Source of the DNA: a virus | Taxonomy: Duplodnaviria; Caudoviricetes | DNA length: 64,000 bases | Strand: one strand, 5' to 3' | IMG/VR virus record: IMGVR_UViG_3300015214_000001 | Coordinates: 64,001 to 128,000 of that record | Part shown: piece by piece, positions 29,388-39,018 of the stretch | How the letters are laid out: each line of letters starts with the position of its first letter | Numbering within the stretch: the first letter of the stretch is position 1 | The notes under the pieces: model-generated | Told to the model about the DNA's origin: nothing | What the model saw: the letters and a program-made list of their open reading frames with translations, nothing else | The model's database searches: none | Program-made: the position numbers and the translations under genes

Positions 29388-29891
29388 TTGCTATGCTATG
29401 AGTATTTGGTAATATTGCAAAATATGTTACACAAATATTCGGATAAGCAAAAGGGATTGAAAATGGAAAATAATTTAAATATCGCAGGGTATGAGTTGTC
29501 GAAAATTCTTACTTTTAATGATCTGGAAGTTCTGATCGGCAGAAAAGTGGCATGGTTTGGAACGCGGTTTATATATGATGGGCCACAAGAGACAAAAAAA
29601 GTAAGAGATTTTAATGGTCGCCAATATGCTATTGTGAATAACCCTACTGGTCGTTGGAACAATGTAGCAGAGCGCTTGTTTATTGGTGAATTGTCTCGAT
29701 TAGTTTATCGTGGCAAACAAAGTGTTAATGATGGTGTAAAGTACGGGTATGCTATGGTTGATGCGAGAGCGTACAAGTATGTAAAAAATGAGTGGTTAGC
29801 AGAAGATACAGACTATCGACAAGCCACGACAGCTATTACTCTTGATGATTTTCATGCACGTATGCCATACGTCGTCACATCTACTAGATAA
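29388..29891 (+). CDS. hypothetical protein
   Basis: Likely start MENNLN at 29463. Confidence 0.65.
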   Translation: MLCYEYLVILQNMLHKYSDKQKGLKMENNLNIAGYELSKILTFNDLEVLIGRKVAWFGTRFIYDGPQETKKVRDFNGRQYAIVNNPTGRWNNVAERLFIGELSRLVYRGKQSVNDGVKYGYAMVDARAYKYVKNEWLAEDTDYRQATTAITLDDFHARMPYVVTSTR

Positions 29892-29946
29892 ATAATGTGT
29901 AGTGCCTTGTATAATAGTCATATAGCGATTATCGGAGGCAAACTAC

Positions 29947-30822
29947 ATGAGCAATAAAGTCTGGTTAAATGGTCTAGGGCGATGGGATGAGCGTGTTAAC
30001 AAGCGTGAACAACCTAGCACATCGTCAATGATCGTGGGTACTGTAAATGGGGCTGGTGAACTAGCTATATATATAAGAAGTCAGCCCCATTCGGATGGAA
30101 TTTGGCACAATTTTCAAGGTCAAGATGGAAAATATTACTGGATTAGAAATGATGTGATTAGTATGGTGAACTTAAGTAGCAGTGATGCTATTAGCGTTAA
30201 GCCGATAACTTATCACTCACAGAATGACGCAAATAGCAATTTATCTCCAAATGATTGCGGGCCAGCTTGTTCAGTGATGATGCTCAGTCATGGTAAAATC
30301 ACTACAACCGTTAATGAATTTATGAGAGTTGCTGGCATCAACCATACAAACTATACGTCTTTTGCTGAAAACATGCGAGGGATTTCACGATATGGTTTGA
30401 CTTCAACAGTAAGGCAGGGCATCCATTTAAGCCACATATTAGAATATATCATCAATAACAAACATCCCGTCTTTTCTTTGATTTATATTAATCCTCTTAG
30501 ACCAAACGAGTATTATTCTCATTTTGTTGTCGTATCTGGTTATAAGTTAAGCGGGTGGAACTTACAAATAGAGATACAAGACCCAAACATTAGAGATGGG
30601 CATAATAAATTATATTCAGCAAATGCTTTTGCAGAAGCATTGGGGCAAAAAGGATCGAGCAGCAATTACCCGTGGCAGTCATTATTTATATTAGATTATC
30701 CAGAGAATAATGAGAATGACGGGAATTGCGATCCCGACATCATTAAAAAATCAATAGCTCGACTAGAAACTATCATTAATGAAGCCAAAGCGACGCAGGA
30801 TGAATTGCGACGCATATTATAG
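29947..30822 (+). CDS. SH3-like plus C39-like cysteine peptidase protein
   Basis: VNKREQPSTSS SH3b-like start; YHSQ..NDCGPAC, HFVVVSGY and IQDP catalytic motifs. Confidence 0.8.
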   Translation: MSNKVWLNGLGRWDERVNKREQPSTSSMIVGTVNGAGELAIYIRSQPHSDGIWHNFQGQDGKYYWIRNDVISMVNLSSSDAISVKPITYHSQNDANSNLSPNDCGPACSVMMLSHGKITTTVNEFMRVAGINHTNYTSFAENMRGISRYGLTSTVRQGIHLSHILEYIINNKHPVFSLIYINPLRPNEYYSHFVVVSGYKLSGWNLQIEIQDPNIRDGHNKLYSANAFAEALGQKGSSSNYPWQSLFILDYPENNENDGNCDPDIIKKSIARLETIINEAKATQDELRRIL

Positions 30823-31132
30823 AAAGATATATGACATGAAACAGCAAATTCTGTCTGATGACGCTCGTAATAAAATCCGCTTAATTATCAACGGACTTTC
30901 ACTCTTTGATGCAATTAAAGTCAATGGTAAAGAGTACGCTTTAGCCGAGTCAACTCAAGGCAAGGGGGTTATTATAGCTCAAGTTCTATATGTTTATAAA
31001 GACGGCGGCACAGACAAAGAGCCAATTTTAAGTGATGTAGACAATGGATTTTCCACATTGTTGATGTTAGCAAATACTATCACTGACTATGAGGTAGCAA
31101 TATTAGCCAACAATATTGGTTTGAATTCATAA
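30779..31132 (+). CDS. hypothetical protein
   Basis: Likely start MKQQIL at 30836. Confidence 0.6.
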   Translation: MKPKRRRMNCDAYYRKIYDMKQQILSDDARNKIRLIINGLSLFDAIKVNGKEYALAESTQGKGVIIAQVLYVYKDGGTDKEPILSDVDNGFSTLLMLANTITDYEVAILANNIGLNS

Positions 31133-31151
31133 TTCTAAATGGAGCAAAACT

Positions 31152-31868
31152 ATGACTTTATCAAATCTAATCAACGATAGAAACTATGTTGATGCCTTAA
31201 AGCAATATAGTGTTACTGACATTATTGGTTATATGCGTCAAGAGCTAGGGCGTGACGCGCAGTTATGGCATAGCCATGTGCTAGATGTTAAGTCTCAAAT
31301 TCAGGCGAATGAAGCAATTAAGCCGTTATGGGTTGGTATGCTTTCAGCCTTCACGCAAGTGGCTGAATATCATGTCATTGAATATGCAACTAAAGAAAGT
31401 CATCAAGCAATTGCTGAAAGTGATTATGGTACTGTCATAGCGGTAGCATTCGCTATTGATCGGTGTAAGTTCTTGCAACCTAAAGTAACCTATACGCAAT
31501 TTCTATGGTTGTTGCTTGATTTAATCCTTTCAGAAGCACGAAAGACTGGCGCGGATGCAGATTACCAAATGAAGTTAATTGCTGGCTTCTACGCTGAATT
31601 AGCAGGTGCTGATCTGAATGTTGCGAAAGACTTGCACCAAGCAGCGTTAGATGACAATAATTCTAGTGAAGTCGGGAAGTATGATTTGCAATGGCCTGGC
31701 TTCTCCACAATAGAAATTACCACTAAGCAAGAAGATTCAAGGCTAGTTACATCATTATCTGAATTTAAAGATAATGTATTGACTATTGTCGCTAACTTAA
31801 CTGAGCATTGGTTAAGTTTAACATCTGGTAAAGTTTCTTCTATTGAATTGAGTGAGGAGGAAGAATAG
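31152..31868 (+). CDS. hypothetical protein
   Basis: 238 aa ORF with GGAG RBS. Confidence 0.7.
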   Translation: MTLSNLINDRNYVDALKQYSVTDIIGYMRQELGRDAQLWHSHVLDVKSQIQANEAIKPLWVGMLSAFTQVAEYHVIEYATKESHQAIAESDYGTVIAVAFAIDRCKFLQPKVTYTQFLWLLLDLILSEARKTGADADYQMKLIAGFYAELAGADLNVAKDLHQAALDDNNSSEVGKYDLQWPGFSTIEITTKQEDSRLVTSLSEFKDNVLTIVANLTEHWLSLTSGKVSSIELSEEEE

Positions 31869-32140
31869 TGTTAAACATTGATAGTTTTGCAAGTCAAATG
31901 ATTGGAGAGTTGGTAAAGGGTGGTATTGCTTGTGATCCCCACCCTCATTGGAGTTTATCTAATACCGATGCACAATATTTATTGAGGTGTAGTGGTGATT
32001 ACTATGGGCATGAACAATGGTTACAAAATGAGATCAAACGAATCTTAGGTTCGCAAATCAATATTGTTGGGATAACCGATGTTCAAGTGACAGAAGAAAA
32101 TTCATCTACTTTAGAGATTTGGGTGTACTTCAATACATAA
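31868..32140 (+). CDS. hypothetical protein
   Basis: 90 aa ORF coupled to the upstream stop. Confidence 0.6.
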   Translation: MLNIDSFASQMIGELVKGGIACDPHPHWSLSNTDAQYLLRCSGDYYGHEQWLQNEIKRILGSQINIVGITDVQVTEENSSTLEIWVYFNT

Positions 32141-32254
32141 CCCATATTGGCTGTTGCAATCCCGTATTAGGGTTGCTATACTGATGATATAAAAATACTA
32201 AAACGACACCGCTATTTAATAGTGCTTGTCGTTTTTTCGTAGAAAGGAAAATTA

Positions 32255-35200
32255 ATGTGTAAATCATGTGGAAACCCTAGTCATATATCAGATGATGACT
32301 ATGTTCACTTGCATGTTCATTCTGGCTACTCACTATTAGATGGACATGCGGACTTTGATGTAATGATGAAACATATCAAAGATATTGGTCAAAGCGCAAT
32401 ATCTTTGACCGATCATGGTAGTATGTATGGAGTTATGGACTTCATTAAGGCAGCAAATAAATATAGTATAAAACCAATTATTGGAATGGAGGGGTATCTT
32501 GCATTAGCATCTGCTCAACGGCAGGATAAAGAGCTTGATAGAAAATCTTATCACCTGTTGATGTTGGCCCAGAACTATACAGGTTATCAAAACCTGATGA
32601 AACTAACAACAAAGGCATGGAATGAGGGGTTCTACCATCGGCCTCGCAATGATAAAGAACAACTTCTAACCCACAGCGATGGGTTAATTGTGTCATCTGG
32701 GTGCTTAGGTGCTGAGTTGCCTAGTATGATCTTGCGTGGTGCTACTGACCAAGAGTTATCTAATACGCTGAATTGGTGGAAAGAAGCCTTCCCTAACCGT
32801 TTTTATTTGGAGCTACAGAGGCGACTGACTAGCGTAGATCAACATCAAGTAAACAAGAAGATGGTTGAATTGAGCAAAATCCACAATGTGCCTCTCATTG
32901 CTACTACAGATGCACATTATGTTATGCAAGGTGATGCTGGAATTCATGACTTGAAACTCTGCATTCAAACTGGTGCATATCAGTCAGATGAGAAGCGAAT
33001 GAAGTTCGATGAGGATACCTATTATCTGACTGAAACAGCTTTGATGACAGAATATTTCAAAGAAGTGCCATCAGCTATTATCAATACGCGGATGATTGCC
33101 GATATGTGTAACGTTGAGATGCCACACGAAGGCTATCATTTGCCTATTTATCCTGTTCCAAATGGATATAACGCAGAGACTTTTTTAAGAATGCTGTGTA
33201 ACATCGGGGTTTCTTGGCGTTATGGTTCACAAGCTAACGAAGAAGAAGTTCAGAAGCGCTTAAACTACGAGTTAGACATCATCAATAGGATGAATTTTAA
33301 CGCATATTTCTTGCTTGTGTGGGATTTGTGTGAATACGCGCGGGATGCCGATATTTGGTGGAATGTGCGGGGCAGTGGTGCAGGTAGTTTGGTAGCTTAC
33401 GCTTTAGGCATCACGGGGATTGACCCATTGGCACACGGTCTTTATTTTGAACGTTTCTTAAACCCTGATCGTATTAGTATGCCTGACATTGATCTTGATT
33501 TTCCTGATAATCGGCGGGATGAGTTGGTCAAGTATCTTGTGCTAAAGTACGGGGATGATCGTGTCGCTGGTATTATTACTTTTGGAACGATGGGTGCGCG
33601 TGCAGCAGTTAAGGATGTTGGTCGTGCGCTTCATGCAAACAAGGGTATCGTAGACCGTTTCGCTGCCTTGATGCCTAAAAATGCAACTATCGCAGAAGCC
33701 TTGCAAGAGGATCGCATTATCGAATATATGAAACAACACCCTGAATTATATGATGTTGTCAACAATGCCAGTGAAATAGAAGGATCGCCAAGACATACGT
33801 CTGTTCACGCTGCGGGATTTGTGGTTACTCCTAAAGCTATGGATGAATATATACCGATGACAAAATTAACTAAAGGGCAGTTTGTATCTGCTGGTCTTAA
33901 GTTAGTTACTCAGTTCCCTATGGCATGGATAGATGAGATGCGGCTGTTAAAAATTGATCTGTTAGGCTTATCAACTTTATCAGCAATGAGTGAAGCATGT
34001 CGTGTAATTGCTGAACGACATGGAGAAGAACTCAACATCGACAATATCCCATATAAGCATACTGGTGACAAAGATGCAGATGCTCGGCTTGATGAGGCTT
34101 TCGCATTATTAGGTCGGGGTGAAACTGCTGGCGTTTTCCAAGTAGAAAATAGTGGATTAACCCAAATGATGAGGTTGTTAAAACCTAAATTATTTGACCA
34201 TATTGTTGCTATGATTAGTCTTTATCGACCTGGCCCAATGGGCGTAGATGCTCACAACACATATGTAAGGCGGCTACATGGTGAAGAAGAAACAAGTTAT
34301 TTGCATGAGAAGTTAGAACCTATCTTATCAGAAACTTATGGATTGATTGTTTATCAAGAACAGATCATGCGTATCGCAAGTGAGTTGTTTGGTTATACGC
34401 CTGGTGAGGCTGACCAAATCCGCAAGGCTGTTAGTAAAAAGAAACTTGCTGACATGGAGAAGCATGAGCAAACATTTTTAAAAAATGGCCCACTAAACGG
34501 AATACCAGAAGAAACAGCTAGGCTTATTTGGGCTGAAATCGCATACTTCGCCAATTACGGGTTTAATAAAGCACATGCGTCAGACTATGCTAAAATCTGT
34601 ATGCAAACTGCGTTTTTAAAAGCTCAATATCCTGTTGAATATATGTATGCCTTGATGACATCCTATTCTGATAAACCTGATAAGTTAGCAAAATTATCAG
34701 CATCTTGCCAAGAAATGGGATTAGTGGTCTTATCGCCATCAGTGAATGAATCTCATGACAACTTTACGATCATATCAACTGTTGATAGTGGCGGCAATAA
34801 AGTAGAGGGTGTTCAATTTGGATTTACCCAAGTTAAAGGGTGCGGTTCGAGCCAGTCAGCTATCATTTTAGAAGCACGAAATGAAAAAATATTCAACTCT
34901 TTTGCTGATTTCATGGAACGGGTGAATATTCGTAGCATTAACCGTAATTCAATGGAAGCATGGATTAAGGTTGGGGTTTTCGATGTTTTTGGCGATAGAG
35001 ATGAATTGCTTAACGCCTTAGATAAAATAAGAGACTATTCTGCTTCAACATGGAAGTCAATTGGGCATGTCAAGCAAACGGGACAGATGAGCTTATTTGG
35101 AGAGGAATCAGTTCAACCAATCTTGCTAAGTCAATTTGTTGATAAGCGCGTAGAGCGCTCAACTGATAGGGAACGATTAGAGTGGGAAAAAGAGTTATTA

Positions 35201-35584
35201 GGGATGTACATTACAGCACGCCCTACAGATCGTTATCGTCAACAGTTTGCAAGACGTGGTGCATTCGAGATCGCAGAGATCATAGGAGAAGAACAGGGCT
35301 ATAGCGAGTATGAAGGAACTAAAGTCACCATTGCAGGTGAAATAAAAAAACTGCGTGTAGTTACTGATAGAAAGGGAAGGAAGATGGCATTTCTATCAGT
35401 CGAAGATTTCCATAGCTCACAAAAGACTATAGATATAACTGTATTTAGCAGTTTATATGAAAAACTAGACAAATTAGTCACAGAAAACAGCATCATATTG
35501 ACATCAGGTAAGGTTGATTCATCTCGAGGATCAATTAATATACTAGCTGATAACATTATTTTAGCTGATGATTTAGAGAATTAA
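32255..35584 (+). CDS. dnaE: DNA polymerase III alpha subunit
   Basis: HLHVHSGYSLLDG PHP domain, RGSGAGS, FERFLNPDRISMPDIDLDF, FNKAHA, QMSLF clamp-binding motif, OB fold. Confidence 0.97.
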   Translation: MCKSCGNPSHISDDDYVHLHVHSGYSLLDGHADFDVMMKHIKDIGQSAISLTDHGSMYGVMDFIKAANKYSIKPIIGMEGYLALASAQRQDKELDRKSYHLLMLAQNYTGYQNLMKLTTKAWNEGFYHRPRNDKEQLLTHSDGLIVSSGCLGAELPSMILRGATDQELSNTLNWWKEAFPNRFYLELQRRLTSVDQHQVNKKMVELSKIHNVPLIATTDAHYVMQGDAGIHDLKLCIQTGAYQSDEKRMKFDEDTYYLTETALMTEYFKEVPSAIINTRMIADMCNVEMPHEGYHLPIYPVPNGYNAETFLRMLCNIGVSWRYGSQANEEEVQKRLNYELDIINRMNFNAYFLLVWDLCEYARDADIWWNVRGSGAGSLVAYALGITGIDPLAHGLYFERFLNPDRISMPDIDLDFPDNRRDELVKYLVLKYGDDRVAGIITFGTMGARAAVKDVGRALHANKGIVDRFAALMPKNATIAEALQEDRIIEYMKQHPELYDVVNNASEIEGSPRHTSVHAAGFVVTPKAMDEYIPMTKLTKGQFVSAGLKLVTQFPMAWIDEMRLLKIDLLGLSTLSAMSEACRVIAERHGEELNIDNIPYKHTGDKDADARLDEAFALLGRGETAGVFQVENSGLTQMMRLLKPKLFDHIVAMISLYRPGPMGVDAHNTYVRRLHGEEETSYLHEKLEPILSETYGLIVYQEQIMRIASELFGYTPGEADQIRKAVSKKKLADMEKHEQTFLKNGPLNGIPEETARLIWAEIAYFANYGFNKAHASDYAKICMQTAFLKAQYPVEYMYALMTSYSDKPDKLAKLSASCQEMGLVVLSPSVNESHDNFTIISTVDSGGNKVEGVQFGFTQVKGCGSSQSAIILEARNEKIFNSFADFMERVNIRSINRNSMEAWIKVGVFDVFGDRDELLNALDKIRDYSASTWKSIGHVKQTGQMSLFGEESVQPILLSQFVDKRVERSTDRERLEWEKELLGMYITARPTDRYRQQFARRGAFEIAEIIGEEQGYSEYEGTKVTIAGEIKKLRVVTDRKGRKMAFLSVEDFHSSQKTIDITVFSSLYEKLDKLVTENSIILTSGKVDSSRGSINILADNIILADDLEN

Positions 35585-35630
35585 TTGTCTAGGCTAAATT
35601 GAAATAATATTTACGGGAAGGTATAATGAA

Positions 35631-36575
35631 ATGACAAGCAAAACATTTGAGGTTTCTGCATCGGATGGCAGTGGTTCATATATTGTCGTGTATGGCCTCA
35701 ATCAGTATAATCAAGGCTCTGGACATAACAATGAATTAGATTGGAGTTGCACTTGCCAATCATGGAAAATGCGCCACAAGAAACATGGCGGTTACTGTAA
35801 ACATATTCAATCCATTATAGAGAGAGAAAATGCTATGCCTAATGATAATAACAATGCTAGACCAGAGATATTTTACCCAGTTCTTGGTGGTGACTGGACA
35901 CTTTTACGATTAGCAATGATGCAGATAGCTACATATGGCAAACACATTGATGCAATTGACCGTTCTTTAACAATTATGCGAAATATTATGAAACCAATAA
36001 ATCCTTATATTTTGCCAGATATTCCTATGGTGAAATATGAAGGGCATGATGTGATTGAAAATTATGGCGACATCGTGATTAAAGGGGTATATAAGCGAGA
36101 AACTACCCATCGTTCATCTGGCGCGTTATCTCCTGGCGAATACACTACATGGTTATACTACCAACGTATTCGAGATAGTGACACAGAGGAATTATGTAAT
36201 GATCTAGGCATTGATCCCAATGGTAACTTTTTATTGAGTGACGCATGGGCTAATCCTGAAATTTGTTGTAAAACTTGCGATCAACCTATGACGCTGTTAT
36301 ATAACATTCATAAAGAGGGCAATGCTTATGTCTGCACTAACAAAGATTGCTTGGATAGTGTCAATTATAGACAAATGCCTAAACCTCAACCTATTATTGA
36401 GGAAAATAGCATTTCTGAACCAGAAGAAACCCCGCGCTATGAAGAAAACATTGATGAGCCACCATATCATGCTGATGAAGAAGATTATATGCCACCATCG
36501 CCACCATCTATTCCGCAACAAAGTCAGCGGAGATCGCCTCCACCTCCACCTCTGAACAGAAAGCAGACACAATAA
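35631..36575 (+). CDS. SWIM zinc-finger protein
   Basis: WSCTC..W......YCKHI; a second CxxC..CxxxxC cluster; Pro-rich tail. Confidence 0.65.
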   Translation: MTSKTFEVSASDGSGSYIVVYGLNQYNQGSGHNNELDWSCTCQSWKMRHKKHGGYCKHIQSIIERENAMPNDNNNARPEIFYPVLGGDWTLLRLAMMQIATYGKHIDAIDRSLTIMRNIMKPINPYILPDIPMVKYEGHDVIENYGDIVIKGVYKRETTHRSSGALSPGEYTTWLYYQRIRDSDTEELCNDLGIDPNGNFLLSDAWANPEICCKTCDQPMTLLYNIHKEGNAYVCTNKDCLDSVNYRQMPKPQPIIEENSISEPEETPRYEENIDEPPYHADEEDYMPPSPPSIPQQSQRRSPPPPPLNRKQTQ

Positions 36576-36997
36576 TGAGTGAATATAAGACCGTGAAGCA
36601 AAGTGGCATTGATTATTTGATTGCCAAATTGAACAACAATCGCTATAAACTATATGTTCGTGTTGACCAGTCGGGTGCTGATCGAAATGCTGAGAGAGAC
36701 AAAGATAATAATTGGTCTTTCTCTGGTGGGATTAGAGAGTTTGTCGGCATTGATGGCGCATGGCGCTTATTTATTGTGACATATAAAAACACAGGCATTG
36801 CGAATTCATATGCTCAATGTCTAAGTGTGTTTGATGGGAATGAGCATATGAATAAGAGGGATGATGAAGAATGGCGTTTTATACATGAGCAACTGCAACT
36901 TGAACAAGATAGGGTTGTTCAAAAGCTAATCCAAAGCGCATATCCATCTATCGAGAATGTTAAAACAGATAATGGCATTGTCTATTATGTCTGTTGA
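36575..36997 (+). CDS. hypothetical protein
   Basis: 140 aa ORF coupled by a TAATG overlap. Confidence 0.65.
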   Translation: MSEYKTVKQSGIDYLIAKLNNNRYKLYVRVDQSGADRNAERDKDNNWSFSGGIREFVGIDGAWRLFIVTYKNTGIANSYAQCLSVFDGNEHMNKRDDEEWRFIHEQLQLEQDRVVQKLIQSAYPSIENVKTDNGIVYYVC

Positions 36998-37000
36998 TTA

Positions 37001-37022
37001 AAAACGTGGAGTTCCACGTTTT
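37001..37022. promoter_or_regulatory. palindromic operator-like site AAAACGTGGA-NN-TCCACGTTTT
   Basis: Perfect 10 bp inverted repeat; related copies at 22021, 46221, 62402 and 62886. Confidence 0.65.
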
Positions 37023-37098
37023 CGTGAACGCTTGTTCTGACGTGATAGTTGTGGTAATATGAAAAACATCACAGCTATCACGAACTAGGAACGCAGGA

Positions 37099-38454
37099 AT
37101 GAGTAAAAATAACATTAATAATATAGATATTGAAGAACTGAGTAGACTACACGTTAATCGCGGTGGGCAACTTACTTGGCATCAAATAGCCGAATACTAC
37201 CAATTGCTACCAGAGTGTAATGGCGAAATGTTAAGAAAGCGCGTTCAACGTTATGAGAAAAACCTTCAACCACATGGCGAAGATACTGACTATAGCTCAA
37301 AAAGGCGAATGAACTATCGTGGGATAGAGAGTGAAGATGTTATTATTGCCCGTGAAAACAATGATACCCAAGCATATTACTACCGCGAACCTGATGAACC
37401 CCCTTACAAAAAAAAGCAAAGCGTGACTTATGAGGGCGGTTTGCCATATACAGTCGATCAACCAGTGCATGATAATTCGCAATATTCCCCCGCAATTGAT
37501 ATTCCACGCGAAGCAGCTGCATATATCCAGTTACTTGAGCGTGAAAACTTAAGACTACGCAATAAAAAAGCCTATGATGAAGAAATGCTTTATGAGCCAT
37601 ATCCAGAACACCTTGATGATACGGATGTATGGGAAGCGTTTCAAGAACAAGCAACTAGCAAATCAGAATCATCATTTATGTTTTGGAGTGATCTGCACCT
37701 TCCTGATGAAGATGCACAGGCGATAGACTTAGCACTAAAATTGCTGACTATTACAAAGCCTGATGCGCTAATATTTGGCGGTGATGTTTTCGATTTCGAT
37801 TCGTTAGGCGCTTATGCTAAACAGCGTCGGCGTAAAACAAAAGACGCTTTAAAAGAAGTTAAAGATCGCTGGTGGCGATTACAAGATGCTATTGACCGTG
37901 CTAATCCTAATATTGCTAGGGTAATGTTTAGAGGCAATCATGAGGATCGGCTTGATCGTAATTCAGTAGCTATTAACAACCCTTTCCCAGATACGATGGA
38001 TGAAGCATTTGTTGAAATGGTGCGTGCTGATGATAGGGTTTGGTGGCTAGGAGATAAGCAAGAGACCCACTTCGGCAGGGTATTTATGCAACATGGGAAG
38101 CGCGTCGGCCCAAATGCTGCTGCAAATGCCAGTAAGGACTTCAATGGTAACGCCTCAGCGTTGATGCAAGGTCATAATCATCACTACGGCATGATTGTTA
38201 AACGATCTAATAGGGTAGATGATTTTTCAGATTATGAAATGCAGGCAAGCGTTTCAATCGGCGCTTTATGTAATATCCCTGCTCACTACATAAGAGATAC
38301 CAGAATGTCAACATGGACACAAGGTATTGGCTATGGACATAATGTTGATGGTAGAACCAATATTCAAAATATCTGTTTCCATCGTTCTGCTAAAAAGTTT
38401 TTGTGGACTGGATTTGGAAAAGATATTGTCAAAAGCTACACAAGACATATCTAA
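37099..38454 (+). CDS. calcineurin-like metallophosphoesterase with N-terminal HTH-like region
   Basis: SDLH, GGDVFD, GNHE, H and GHNH motifs. Confidence 0.85.
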   Translation: MSKNNINNIDIEELSRLHVNRGGQLTWHQIAEYYQLLPECNGEMLRKRVQRYEKNLQPHGEDTDYSSKRRMNYRGIESEDVIIARENNDTQAYYYREPDEPPYKKKQSVTYEGGLPYTVDQPVHDNSQYSPAIDIPREAAAYIQLLERENLRLRNKKAYDEEMLYEPYPEHLDDTDVWEAFQEQATSKSESSFMFWSDLHLPDEDAQAIDLALKLLTITKPDALIFGGDVFDFDSLGAYAKQRRRKTKDALKEVKDRWWRLQDAIDRANPNIARVMFRGNHEDRLDRNSVAINNPFPDTMDEAFVEMVRADDRVWWLGDKQETHFGRVFMQHGKRVGPNAAANASKDFNGNASALMQGHNHHYGMIVKRSNRVDDFSDYEMQASVSIGALCNIPAHYIRDTRMSTWTQGIGYGHNVDGRTNIQNICFHRSAKKFLWTGFGKDIVKSYTRHI

Positions 38455-38548
38455 TGCCTGAAAACCTTAATCATATCTTAACTTGTATTGTTGCGTGATA
38501 TGGAATATATTTAAATCATACTAACAACAATATATAAGGAGGAAAGAT

Positions 38549-38875
38549 ATGGCAACACAAGAACAAATTGAAGAATGGCGCGAAGAAAACAAAGACACCT
38601 TGCTTATCGTGGCGCTGAAATTCGCGTTTGGCGAAGCGCCCGACAATATTTTTGATGAGGAATTAACCGATGAAGAATTAGACGCGGCACTAGATGTCGT
38701 GTTTTCCCGCACTTCATCAATCCTTGATAACCCTCGCATGGACGAGGTAATTGCTCGTTTTGTTGATGAGCATCCAGAATTGGATAATGCCATCGGCGAA
38801 GGCATTGATGCGACTGCCCCAACAGATGATGATTGTGGATGGGAAGGGAGCAACGATGGCGAAGAAGTCCTCTAA
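38549..38875 (+). CDS. acidic hypothetical protein
   Basis: AAGGAGG RBS; strongly D/E-rich. Confidence 0.7.
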   Translation: MATQEQIEEWREENKDTLLIVALKFAFGEAPDNIFDEELTDEELDAALDVVFSRTSSILDNPRMDEVIARFVDEHPELDNAIGEGIDATAPTDDDCGWEGSNDGEEVL

Positions 38876-39018
38876 TCCTCAGCAAGACAAAAAGAAAAAA
38901 GAACAGATTGAGCGCATTATCCGTGCGCTTCAAGAAAAAGGCAAGTAGGGAAGGGGGCTAATAGCCCTCTTTTTATATGCTATAATGCCTTTATGAACTT
39001 AATTGAAGGTATTGCTCT

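Noticed and set aside
2304-35584. Inteins or introns in NrdJ, helicase, RadA or DnaE
   Set aside because: Lengths and motif spacing are normal; no C..HN splice junctions or LAGLIDADG blocks seen
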